A stretch of 52,295 bases of DNA from Alphaproteobacteria bacterium. Lineage in GTDB: Bacteria > Pseudomonadota > Alphaproteobacteria > JBFXJJ01. The stretch's first letter is position 1; every line of letters begins with the position of its first letter. The position numbers and the translations under genes were made by a program. A model generated the notes under the pieces. It did no database searches. It was not told where the DNA came from and saw only the letters and a list, made by a program, of their open reading frames with translations. This document shows, piece by piece, positions 8,819-18,196 of the stretch. Where the stretch lies: NCBI GenBank assembly GCA_050175015.1, contig JBFXJJ010000015.1, positions 1 through 52,295 of the forward strand. Direction: 5' to 3'.

Positions 8819-9802
8819 TTAGTTTACAAATTGAGAAAGGTCAGTTTCAGGTCTGCCGCCCCAATGCTGCAATACTTCTGCCGCAGCAGTGGCAGCAAGT
8901 CTGCCAGCTTTATCCAACGAATAACCTCTGGCAATTCCAAACAATAACCCTGCGGCAAATTGATCTCCTGCGCCAGTTGAGTCTACTATTCTTTTTTTGT
9001 TTTCTGATGGAATAAAAAATTGTTTTTCATCATTAAGGATAACTGCGCCACGACCACCCTTGGTCATTGCTAAAATTTGCTTGCGGTGAGATAGAAGATC
9101 GTTAACATCATCATTTTCATTCAAATCAAAGCAGCTTCTAATTTCACGTTCGTTGCCAATTAAAATATTTGATTTGTCACGTATAACAGGAAGAATATCA
9201 ATAACTCGGTGTTCTCTGAAATTTAAATCATGCATATTAAAAGCAATTTTTATTTCGTTTTTCAGGGCAATATCGATAGCTTTTAAAACGGCTTCTCTAG
9301 CACTTTCTGCAACGAGCATCTGCCCCTCAATAAAAAGCACTTTAGAATCTTTGATAATCGTTTCATCAATGTCTTCAGGAATAAGATGCTCGCATACTCC
9401 CAAGGTTAGAGCAAATGTGCGGTCAGTATCTGGGGTAACCAAAACTATACATCTTCCAGTTGCTTGATTAGCACTAGCATCAGGTTCCATTAATTTAGTT
9501 GCATACAAGACGCCTTTATCTGTGAAAGCTTTTTTATAGGCTTGTCCCATATTATCTGAGCAGCCTTTTCCAAAAAAAGCGGCTTTTCCTCCTAAGGAAG
9601 CAATGCCTTCGGTAGAGTTTCCTGCTGCACCACCCGCAAACAGTTTAGGTTCAGGAAGTTCATCTTTGATTTGCTTTAAAATATCAACCGTTAAGACATT
9701 TCCCTGCCCTTGAATTAAGTTATATTTTTCAAGAAAATTGTGGGGAACGTAGTCAATAACATCCATTAAAACACGGCCGATAGAAGTAACATCAAAGCTC
9801 AT
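8819..9802 (-). CDS. PfkB-family carbohydrate/adenosine kinase
   Basis: GGAAGN, TGRC..LVTPD, NERE, DSTGAGDQFAAG. Confidence 0.92.
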   Translation of the reverse strand: MSFDVTSIGRVLMDVIDYVPHNFLEKYNLIQGQGNVLTVDILKQIKDELPEPKLFAGGAAGNSTEGIASLGGKAAFFGKGCSDNMGQAYKKAFTDKGVLYATKLMEPDASANQATGRCIVLVTPDTDRTFALTLGVCEHLIPEDIDETIIKDSKVLFIEGQMLVAESAREAVLKAIDIALKNEIKIAFNMHDLNFREHRVIDILPVIRDKSNILIGNEREIRSCFDLNENDDVNDLLSHRKQILAMTKGGRGAVILNDEKQFFIPSENKKRIVDSTGAGDQFAAGLLFGIARGYSLDKAGRLAATAAAEVLQHWGGRPETDLSQFVN

Positions 9803-9864
9803 TTTTTTTCCTAACTGTTTTTTAGCTGGTTATATACATTTATAACTAATAAAGCTATAGGAAA

Positions 9865-9879
9865 TTAACCTGAAATTAA
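9865..9879. promoter_or_regulatory. Putative CtrA-binding site
   Basis: TTAACCTGAAATTAA = TTAA-N7-TTAA with a TTAACC half-site in a divergent intergenic region; AT-rich background weakens it. Confidence 0.4.
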
Positions 9880-9933
9880 TAATTAAATTTATATCTTATA
9901 TAAAATAATAAAGTTCTTTGCGGAGTAGCCTAG

Positions 9934-10185
9934 ATGAGAGTTAAGTTTTTTTTAGTTTTTGTGTTGTTAATAACTTTAGCAGCTTGTGGAACAGATATTA
10001 AAGATAGAACACAAGGTGGAGCGGCTGCAGGCGCTACAGCTGGTGCTACTGTCGGTATGTGGGGCGGCCCTGCTGGTATGCTAGTTGGTGGGTTAATAGG
10101 CGGTGGTATGGGGGCGCTAACAGGAGCTAGTGTTCCGCAAGAAAATGTTGATTTAGGCGAACCTGTTTGGAAAAAAAATGATTAG
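9934..10185 (+). CDS. Small glycine-zipper lipoprotein
   Basis: Lipobox LAAC; GAAAGATAGATVG...GGLIGGGMGALTG; VDLGEPVW tail. Confidence 0.85.
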   Translation: MRVKFFLVFVLLITLAACGTDIKDRTQGGAAAGATAGATVGMWGGPAGMLVGGLIGGGMGALTGASVPQENVDLGEPVWKKND

Positions 10186-10714
10186 TTTTCGTAATGCTAA
10201 ACTCGATGATTTGAAAGAATTGATGGAAATTGAAGTCGATTGTTTCAAGATAGGAGTTAGGGAAAAACCTGACGTTTTTGCTCAAAGGATAAGCGTTTTT
10301 CCTGATGGTTTTATCCTTATGTTAGAAGACGATGATGTCATAGGGTATGCCTGCGGTGAAATTTGGTCTAAAGATGTTGAAATAGTTGAGAAGACCTTTA
10401 CCATAGGGCACAATCCTTGCGATGTTCATAATCCTAACGGCACAAGGCTATATATTTCATCTATCGGAATTTTGCAGAGCAGAAGAGGCGGCGGAAAAGG
10501 CAGTCTCTTGTTTGATACCCTTATATCAAGAGTCGTAGCAAAATATAAGAATGTAAATGAATTAATTCTTATTGTTGCAGATAATTGGGAAGCCGCTAAG
10601 AAGATTTATTATAAACAAGGGTTTGAAGAAATCTCTATGGCTAAATCATTTTTTAATCCTGAAGGAGAAGCTCCTGCGGACGGTATTATTATGAGCAAAA
10701 AGATTAATTCTTAA
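10178..10714 (+). CDS. GNAT-family N-acetyltransferase
   Basis: ISSIGIL..RRGGGKG acetyl-CoA motif A, AKKIYYKQGF motif B; overlaps upstream gene by 8 bp. Confidence 0.9.
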   Translation: MISFRNAKLDDLKELMEIEVDCFKIGVREKPDVFAQRISVFPDGFILMLEDDDVIGYACGEIWSKDVEIVEKTFTIGHNPCDVHNPNGTRLYISSIGILQSRRGGGKGSLLFDTLISRVVAKYKNVNELILIVADNWEAAKKIYYKQGFEEISMAKSFFNPEGEAPADGIIMSKKINS

Positions 10715-10744
10715 ATCTTTAAGTGTTTTTATAAAACAATATTT

Positions 10745-11683
10745 CTAATTTTCTAACTGTTTTACAATTTCTTTTAATTTGTCGTTATATAATTTCCCCG
10801 CCTTACTGTTAAAACCATTTTTTAAAAAAGTATTAGCAAAATTCACAAAATTTTCGGTTATAGTTTTGATGTCAGGGGTTTGATTAGTGTTCATCTGTTC
10901 TTTATAAAGATTTTGGCTTAATGCTGTCGTTTTTTTAACACTAAGACCAGTAGATGGCAGAACATCTGCATCACGTAAAATCTGAGACATAGCAAAGGCT
11001 CGTTCATTGGTTAAAAAGAGCCGGAGTTCTTTAAAAGTTTCAGGAATATCTGATAAAATATTTAATTTATCTCGATTAAGATAATATTTTTTGACAAAGG
11101 CTGGAAAACTGAAAATATCGGTACTTAGAACTAAGGCGTGGATAGCTTCTCGATCTTCTTTGGAAAGCTTTTTTAAATCATGTTCGACAATATGCAAAGA
11201 CTGCTCTTCGAGTCTAAATGGGATATTTTGATTGTTAGAGCCATCGTGATTAACATCGTGAAGCAGTGCTGCTAAGACGATTAAACCTATTTCATAGTTG
11301 GTAAAATTATAATCAAGTTTTAACGCATTATTTAATAATGATAAATGATATGATGTTAGCATAACTTCAGCGGTATGCTGCATATTATGATATTTGTTAT
11401 TCTTTTGAGAATATAACTTATTATCAATCTTTTTCGCTATAGTTGCTCCGACTTGATACGCTGGAGAATCTGTTTCTATTTTAAGATTTTTTATTATGTT
11501 TATATATAAATTATAAAGTTTATTATTATCATTTAATTCATGGAATAGATTAAAGATATTAACTAAGGCTTCTCCAGAGTCATTGATGTTAGATTCTTCT
11601 AGGTTGTTAAAAGGAAAAGACAATAAACCCAAGTAAAAATCTTGGGGATTATTGAGGTTAGTTTTTCCTTGATTAATATTCAT
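10745..11683 (-). CDS. HD-superfamily protein resembling class I 3',5'-cyclic nucleotide phosphodiesterase
   Basis: YHNMQHTAEV, AALLHDVNHDGSNN, LEEQS, LVLSTD and DADV in canonical class I order. Confidence 0.75.
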   Translation of the reverse strand: MNINQGKTNLNNPQDFYLGLLSFPFNNLEESNINDSGEALVNIFNLFHELNDNNKLYNLYINIIKNLKIETDSPAYQVGATIAKKIDNKLYSQKNNKYHNMQHTAEVMLTSYHLSLLNNALKLDYNFTNYEIGLIVLAALLHDVNHDGSNNQNIPFRLEEQSLHIVEHDLKKLSKEDREAIHALVLSTDIFSFPAFVKKYYLNRDKLNILSDIPETFKELRLFLTNERAFAMSQILRDADVLPSTGLSVKKTTALSQNLYKEQMNTNQTPDIKTITENFVNFANTFLKNGFNSKAGKLYNDKLKEIVKQLEN

Positions 11684-11771
11684 AATTTATAATACCTAAA
11701 ACAGATTCTTATAATTGTATATATACATTCTAAATTAGTCTGTGATAAATTGCACAAATATTTTTATATGA

Positions 11772-14240
11772 TTGAAAACTAATTGGAAAATTAACCTTAT
11801 GCCTATCTTAAAAAACATCAAAGACAAAAATTTTAGTTTAATGTTTGTTTACTCAAAAACAATGTTTTTGAGTGCTTTTCTCTTGTTTTTAGTTCAACCG
11901 ATGTTTGGCAAAATTATATTGCCGCTTTTAGGTGGAGCTCCTGCGGTTTGGAATGGTTGTATGCTGTTCTATCAAACGCTTTTGCTCTTAGGATATCTTT
12001 ATGCGCATTTTTTAGGAAAGTATTTTGAATTAAGAGGGCAGGTTTTAATTCATATTGCGTTGCTTGTTCTTAGTGCTTTGTTTTTGCCAGTAGGTCTTTC
12101 TGATTGGGTGCCAGAAGGCGGTTCTAATCCTGTTGTTTGGCTTTTGTGTGCTCTTTTTATTGCAGTAGGCGTTCCTTTTTTTGTGGTCTCAAGCACTTCC
12201 CCTTTAATTCAAAGATGGTTTTCATTGTCATCACATAAAGATGCTGCGGATCCTTATTTTTTATATGCTTCCAGTAATATTGGAAGTATGATTGGACTGC
12301 TTAGCTATCCACTGTTTTTTGAACCAAGGTTTAAGCTATCACAACAAACATATTTTTGGACATTTCTTTATGTCTGCCTTTGTTTGCTTCTTGTTGTATG
12401 CGGATTGTTGATTGCTAAAAATAATGGGATAGGGTTAAAGAACCTTTTCTTAAATATAAATTTAAAGCTTTTTAAAAAAGATACATCAAAAACAGAGGTA
12501 TCTCCAGCTCCTGCATTAAGCACAAGAATAAGATGGCTTTTGCTGTCATTCTGTCCATCAGGTTTGATGCTTGCGGTAACGACATATATAACGACAGATT
12601 TGGCAGCTATTCCTCTGCTTTGGGTAATTCCTCTCGCATTTTATTTGTTTAGCTTTATTTTAGTTTTTGCAAGATCTACATCAGGATTCCATATTTTCTG
12701 GGTTCATGCTCATTTATATGTTTTTTTATTCTTTATTTGCTTTTTTATTTCCGATTTTCACAGCCTGAAATCTATGCCTGTTCTACATATCTTTGCCTTT
12801 TTCTTAACGGCAATGGTGTGCCATGGAGAGCTTGCTAAAACCCGCCCTGCGGCAGATAGGCTGACTGAATTTTATTTGTTTATGTCGGTAGGTGGAGCTT
12901 TAGGCGGTTTGTTCAGTGCTGTGGTTGCTCCGTTGGTCTTTAACTGGGTGGCAGAATATCCTATTTTATTAGTATTGTCATTGTTGCTAAGACCTGGAAA
13001 CTTTTTGAAAAAATCCTCAACACGGCAAATAGCTTATGATTTCTTCATTCCGCTTGCTGTGTTTTTGGTTATGGTCAGTATATTTCTATATGAGCAGCAT
13101 AATAATAGCTTGAATCCTAAAGCTGCGATTTATTTGGCGTTTATCGTTATTGGCAGCTCTGTTGCGATAAGTGACAGACCTATAAGGCTCGGTTTGCTTG
13201 TTGCTGCTATGATTTTCTGCGGATTTGGTCTTTCTGGACGGCATAATTTTTTCAATATTTATGAACGAACAACGGTTAAACAAGAAAGAAGTTTTTTTGG
13301 TACTATAACGATTGTTTACCGCAAGAATGATATGAGCAGCTTTTATATGCTGCATCACGGAACAACTCTTCACGGCGCTCAGTCTTTAGATGAGGAGTTC
13401 TCTAAAGAGCCTTTAACTTATTACAATAAAACGGGTCCTTTGGGGCAGGTTTTTCATGCTTATGATAATATAGATGATAATTGGAATGTAGCGTCAGTAG
13501 GGCTCGGCGCAGGTACAACATCGTGCTATGCAAAGCCAACGCAAAATTGGACATATTTTGAGATAGACCCTATGATTTTGACTTTCTCAAAAGGGGATAA
13601 AAAAGGCGAAAAGTTTTTTACTTATTTAGATCGCTGTGCACCTCATGCCAAGATTGTTTTGGGTGATGCTAGATTGTCAATGAAAGAGCAAGATGATGAT
13701 AAGTATAACCTGCTAATTTTAGATGCTTTTTCTTCTGATGCTATTCCTGTTCATCTTATTACTAAAGATGCTATCGAAATGTATTTTAAAAAGATGAAAA
13801 AGGGCGGTCTTATTGCATTTCATATAAGTAATAGATACTTACGATTAGAGCCTGTCCTTTCTAATATTGCCCGTGAAAACGGTTATGTATCTTTAGTTTT
13901 AGCAGAATCAATAACTAATTATGAAAAACAGATGATGATGTCGGCATCTCAATGGGTGGTTATGGCTAAAGAATATGAAGATGTTGAGCCATTGCTATTT
14001 GAAGGCCCTTGGAGATTAACCGATGATGATACTAAGGTTGGCGTTTGGACTGATGATTTTTCTAATTTAATTACAATTATGTATGAGCCAAAATCAAAAA
14101 TTATAGAAAAAGTTATTAAGTTGTTTAGATTAGACGGCATAAACAATTTTTCTGAAAATAAAACCCAGTATAATCTCAAAGAAAGCTTGCATGATATAGC
14201 AGAAGAAAATCGAAAAGAGCAGGAGGGACGTAATGAATAA
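11772..14240 (+). CDS. Fused MFS-like membrane domain / spermidine-synthase-like SAM-dependent transferase
   Basis: SAFLLFLVQPM, GGAPAVW, PYFLYASSNIGS, CHGELA, HGTTLHGAQ, GLGAG, FEIDP, GDAR, DAFSSDAIPVHL, WTDDFS; start may be ATG 11799. Confidence 0.92.
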   Translation: MKTNWKINLMPILKNIKDKNFSLMFVYSKTMFLSAFLLFLVQPMFGKIILPLLGGAPAVWNGCMLFYQTLLLLGYLYAHFLGKYFELRGQVLIHIALLVLSALFLPVGLSDWVPEGGSNPVVWLLCALFIAVGVPFFVVSSTSPLIQRWFSLSSHKDAADPYFLYASSNIGSMIGLLSYPLFFEPRFKLSQQTYFWTFLYVCLCLLLVVCGLLIAKNNGIGLKNLFLNINLKLFKKDTSKTEVSPAPALSTRIRWLLLSFCPSGLMLAVTTYITTDLAAIPLLWVIPLAFYLFSFILVFARSTSGFHIFWVHAHLYVFLFFICFFISDFHSLKSMPVLHIFAFFLTAMVCHGELAKTRPAADRLTEFYLFMSVGGALGGLFSAVVAPLVFNWVAEYPILLVLSLLLRPGNFLKKSSTRQIAYDFFIPLAVFLVMVSIFLYEQHNNSLNPKAAIYLAFIVIGSSVAISDRPIRLGLLVAAMIFCGFGLSGRHNFFNIYERTTVKQERSFFGTITIVYRKNDMSSFYMLHHGTTLHGAQSLDEEFSKEPLTYYNKTGPLGQVFHAYDNIDDNWNVASVGLGAGTTSCYAKPTQNWTYFEIDPMILTFSKGDKKGEKFFTYLDRCAPHAKIVLGDARLSMKEQDDDKYNLLILDAFSSDAIPVHLITKDAIEMYFKKMKKGGLIAFHISNRYLRLEPVLSNIARENGYVSLVLAESITNYEKQMMMSASQWVVMAKEYEDVEPLLFEGPWRLTDDDTKVGVWTDDFSNLITIMYEPKSKIIEKVIKLFRLDGINNFSENKTQYNLKESLHDIAEENRKEQEGRNE

Positions 14241-16569
14241 TACTAATATTGAAAATAAAAAAATGTTTTCAACTTTGTTATGTTCAATATTTTTAGGTTC
14301 AGGCTTAATTTTCTTGCTGCCTCTTATGTCTGGAGCTTTGATGATAGGCTCTTTATCAGGTTCTCCGTATGTTTTTGCTGTTGTGGCGGCAGCTTTTTCT
14401 TTTGCAGTGATTATAGGATTTTTAATATATATTCTGTCTTCTCGTCTTTCTGAAGTATATCAATTCGTGGTTTTATTGCTTCCTCTATTGTTCTTTGTGT
14501 TTATTGCTCCTTATACTAATAAAAGGGGGTTTGAAAATATTGATAATGTGTGTTTTCCTGCATTAACTGCTTTTGGTCTTTTCTTTATTAAGTATGGCTT
14601 TTTAACATCTTTGATGACGGCATTTTTAACTAAACTAATCTTTTGGCAATATGACGATTATAAAAACATTAGGCGTAATTATTTTTCTTATATGGTGTTA
14701 TGGATAGTTGGTGGTGGATTTAGTAGTCTTGTTACCTATTTTTTATTTGTTGAGCCTGTTTTTTTATCATCGGTAAGATTTGGACTTTGGCGCATCGTTT
14801 ACATTATGTTTGTTTATACAGCTTTTGCTGGAATTTTTCTTAAATACTATAATCAAAGGGTGTTATTAAAAAAGATTACCAAAAAACAATCTAAAGTTAG
14901 CTTAAGCAGACTAGTTATTAGTTTTAAAAATAACTCAAGAGAGAGCTTCAAACTTTTTTCCTTAACATTCATTCCTACAGCGTTTTTAATCGCCTCTATT
15001 TCCTATTTATCATCAGATATGATTAGTTCTAGTTCTCTATGGTTTGCCGTTGTTTTGTCTGCATTTGTAGGAATTAAAATAGGATTTTGCCGTTTAAATA
15101 CTCTGGTAGAAAAAGTTATTTCTAATCTGCATTTTTTTATAATAGGTCTTCTTTTTATTGCAAAAGTAGTTTTCCTTGTTAGCAATGTTTGGATTTTTTT
15201 CTTAATTTTGGCGGCGGTTTTTACCGTTTTTGCGATAAGTTCTAAGGAAATAAAATCTTACATTAATGATAAGTGTGATATTGAGAGAAAAATTCTTTTT
15301 CTATTGCTTGGAATAATGTTTGCAGGAGTAACATTTGGTTTAGTGTTATTTAATTTTGTTCCTGAGCTTAGAGCTTTTATGTTGGTTTTAAGTCTTTCTA
15401 TCCTTATTCGGCCGAGCAGTGAAATTTTTACAATTCAAGAAAAAAAATCAATGCTTTCCTTTATTGCTGCAATTTTAATCTTTTCTATTTTTTGGTTTTT
15501 ATTTGGTTTTAGCTTTTCAAGAGATGTTTTAAGTTTATTCCTTTCGTTCTTTTTTGGAAGTTTATTCCTTTGCAGAAAGAAAACCTTAAGGTTATTTCTA
15601 TCTGTTTTCGTGTTGATAACTTTAGGAAGCTCTATGCCTAATATTGAGCGTTTTGTGAAGGAAAAAACCAACTTTTATGGCAGCTATAAAATTACTAAGA
15701 ATAAAAATAACTTTTATTACTTATATCGTGGCAACCAACCGAAAGGTTCACAAATAAAAATAAGTACAATGGAAAAAGAGCCAACAGGTCTAGTGGCAAG
15801 GAAAACTCCTTTGGGGCAGATATTTCAGTCCTTTCAGGCGATTAATAGAAATTGGAAAGTTGCGGTTGTTGGTATGGGTACAGGATCGCTTCTTTGTTAT
15901 GCTTCTCCAAACCAAGAGTGGACATTTTTTGAGCCTAATCCCGATTTAATTGAAGAGGTAAGATCCGAAAAGATTATAACTCATTTTGCCACTTGTGTGC
16001 ATGATAAGATCAAAATTATAAAAGGTAATCCAAGGCAAAACATTATTAAATCAGCCGAAAAGTATGATTTAATAATTTTTGATGATTATGTAACAAGTGC
16101 TTTACCGCCATATCTTATAACTAAAACGGCAATTAAAAAATATTTTGAAAAGTTAAATGACAACGGTTTAATTGTGTTTAATTTAACTAATGATAATCTT
16201 AATTATATTCAGCTGTTTGCAAACCAAGCAAGAAGTTCTATTGCCCTTGGGGTATATCAGTTGTGGTTTTCTCCATCAAGCTTTGAAGAGATATTTCACA
16301 AAGTTTCGGAATGGGGGGTTTTATCAAGGAATATCAATACCATTGAGAAAGTTATAACGAGCGGGAAATGGTTTATGATGCAAGAGCAAAAAGAACCAGA
16401 CCTTTGGACTGACAGCCATAATAGTCTGTTCAGAGTTATGCGTGATCCTAGCGCAAAATATAGTGAGCTATATTTTGACAAGGTAACAGGATTTACTAAA
16501 AAAATCACAGTTAAAGTTGTAAAATCAATAGTTTCATTGGCTGTTACGATTTCATTAATTTTTAAATGA
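14233..16569 (+). CDS. Divergent paralog of the fused MFS/spermidine-synthase-like protein
   Basis: Same architecture with altered motifs GMGTG, FEPNP, GNPR, FDDYVTSALPPYL, WTD; 8-bp overlap with upstream gene. Confidence 0.85.
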   Translation: MNNTNIENKKMFSTLLCSIFLGSGLIFLLPLMSGALMIGSLSGSPYVFAVVAAAFSFAVIIGFLIYILSSRLSEVYQFVVLLLPLLFFVFIAPYTNKRGFENIDNVCFPALTAFGLFFIKYGFLTSLMTAFLTKLIFWQYDDYKNIRRNYFSYMVLWIVGGGFSSLVTYFLFVEPVFLSSVRFGLWRIVYIMFVYTAFAGIFLKYYNQRVLLKKITKKQSKVSLSRLVISFKNNSRESFKLFSLTFIPTAFLIASISYLSSDMISSSSLWFAVVLSAFVGIKIGFCRLNTLVEKVISNLHFFIIGLLFIAKVVFLVSNVWIFFLILAAVFTVFAISSKEIKSYINDKCDIERKILFLLLGIMFAGVTFGLVLFNFVPELRAFMLVLSLSILIRPSSEIFTIQEKKSMLSFIAAILIFSIFWFLFGFSFSRDVLSLFLSFFFGSLFLCRKKTLRLFLSVFVLITLGSSMPNIERFVKEKTNFYGSYKITKNKNNFYYLYRGNQPKGSQIKISTMEKEPTGLVARKTPLGQIFQSFQAINRNWKVAVVGMGTGSLLCYASPNQEWTFFEPNPDLIEEVRSEKIITHFATCVHDKIKIIKGNPRQNIIKSAEKYDLIIFDDYVTSALPPYLITKTAIKKYFEKLNDNGLIVFNLTNDNLNYIQLFANQARSSIALGVYQLWFSPSSFEEIFHKVSEWGVLSRNINTIEKVITSGKWFMMQEQKEPDLWTDSHNSLFRVMRDPSAKYSELYFDKVTGFTKKITVKVVKSIVSLAVTISLIFK

Positions 16570-16644
16570 TAGAATATATTGATAATAAATGTTGCTTTTT
16601 TATGCAGAATGTTTTAAAAGCCCGTCTTTGGAGTTTTTAGATAT

Positions 16645-16845
16645 ATGTTGAAACCGTACAAAGCCTTTTTTGAATCAAGACGCAGCCTCATAAACGAGAT
16701 TGAAGGCGCTTCAGCTATTGAATATGGCCTTATTGCTGCAGGCATTGCTGTGGCCATAATTGCTGTTGTTTTCATTCTAGGTGAAGATATTTCTGTTCTT
16801 TTTTCAAATATTTCAGAACAGGTTGCCTCTAAATCAGTAAAATAA
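16645..16845 (+). CDS. flp: Flp-family (Tad/type IVc) prepilin
   Basis: G|ASAIEYGLIAAGIAVAII Flp motif, 66 aa. Confidence 0.93.
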   Translation: MLKPYKAFFESRRSLINEIEGASAIEYGLIAAGIAVAIIAVVFILGEDISVLFSNISEQVASKSVK

Positions 16846-17052
16846 AAGTTATTTTTCTGATTAAATAATCTTGTAAAATAATCGTATTAAAAGTTATTAT
16901 GTTAAGCATCTTAAATTTGGTGCTGGTTCTTAGTGCTATTTTTAAATAAACAGATGAAAAATAGAAGTTCTTCCGACATAATTTAAATTAAGTTATGCCG
17001 TGAGAATTTTTAAGTGCGTGTGCATAAAAAACTTAAGTTAGGCAAGAACTAA

Positions 17053-17532
17053 ATGGCAAGTGCTGATATTATAAAGTATTTTTTTGAGACATCTTTTGGG
17101 ATTGTTTTATTTGTATCGGCTCTAACAGATATAAAAAAATTTCAAATTCCCAATATTTATCCTTTAACCCTAGTAATATTATTTTTAGGTTATGCCTCTT
17201 TCACTAATGAAATCAGTTTGCTGGTTTTAGGAGTAAGGTTCGCCTTTGCCATTGCTGTTTTATATTTGGGTTTTGCTATGTGGGTATCTGGCATTTGGGG
17301 GGCTGGAGATGCTAAATTGGTGGCAGCGTTGACTTTGTGGATTGGAATAAAGCAATTTTTATTCTTTGTTTTGGCAACATCTTTTGCTTTAGGTTTGGTC
17401 TCTGTTGTTTACATTTTCATTAATTTAAAAAATAAAAAAATTGAAAAGCTTAATTTTGATGCGATTCAAAAAATAAAATTTCCCTGCGCTTGTTCCTTTT
17501 TTATCGGAGCTGTTACCGTTTTTTGGTTTTAG
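17053..17532 (+). CDS. cpaA: Prepilin peptidase, A24 (CpaA/TadV type)
   Basis: TD...FQIPN and GAGDAKL catalytic aspartates; follows flp. Confidence 0.9.
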   Translation: MASADIIKYFFETSFGIVLFVSALTDIKKFQIPNIYPLTLVILFLGYASFTNEISLLVLGVRFAFAIAVLYLGFAMWVSGIWGAGDAKLVAALTLWIGIKQFLFFVLATSFALGLVSVVYIFINLKNKKIEKLNFDAIQKIKFPCACSFFIGAVTVFWF

Positions 17533-17544
17533 CTTTCAATAAAG

Positions 17545-17955
17545 TTATTCTTCAGAATTATTTTCTTTAGGCTGGATATGACGTCTTAGCCAAACTGCAA
17601 ATTCATCTTCAGACATAGAATGATTTTCTAAATCTTTTATATTGATAACATAAAAAGGATCTGATGCATTGAGGTTATATCCATTAATATTCAGGAAAAC
17701 TTCAGTTGCAATCAAAGTCATTCTTTTATTATGAACATAAAAAGGCTTTTCTTTCAAAAAAGATGAGGCTAGGTGAGCCGCAATATCTGCAACATCATAA
17801 TTTTTCTTATATTCCTGAAAGACATTTATGCCTTCAAAAATGGTATTTATGATATTTATGTTAGGTTTTTTATTGCTTCTTTGGCAGAATAGAACAGAGA
17901 TTTCATCATATATAGCAAAGAGAGCTTCAGGTAAAAGATAATTCAGGGTCATCAT
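17545..17955 (-). CDS. Doc/Fic-family toxin homolog with degenerate active site
   Basis: KPFYVHNKR in place of HPFxDGNKR; EVFL.INGY and SEDEFAVWLR as in Doc; 4-bp overlap with the antitoxin. Confidence 0.8.
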   Translation of the reverse strand: MMTLNYLLPEALFAIYDEISVLFCQRSNKKPNINIINTIFEGINVFQEYKKNYDVADIAAHLASSFLKEKPFYVHNKRMTLIATEVFLNINGYNLNASDPFYVINIKDLENHSMSEDEFAVWLRRHIQPKENNSEE

Positions 17956-18173
17956 TCAACTTCCTTTAAGGCTTCTTTTCTTCCTTTCATTACCATATAT
18001 GCCGTTTCAACCTGTTTTTTAAAATCAGGATCATAAGATGTAATTCTGTACCCATCTGGTTCTTCTGTTAAAAAAACAGTATCTCCCTTTTGGATATTGA
18101 GTTTTGCTAAAACTTCTTTAGGGAAGATTGCCCCGATGGAATTCCCAATAGGAATCAGTTTCAAAGAAAACAT
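17952..18173 (-). CDS. AbrB/MazE-family antitoxin
   Basis: LKL..IGNSIGAIFPKEVL.KL...KGDTVFL.E.PDGYRITSYDPDF. Confidence 0.92.
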   Translation of the reverse strand: MFSLKLIPIGNSIGAIFPKEVLAKLNIQKGDTVFLTEEPDGYRITSYDPDFKKQVETAYMVMKGRKEALKEVE

Positions 18174-18196
18174 TTTCCGCCCCCTAGTATAATTTT

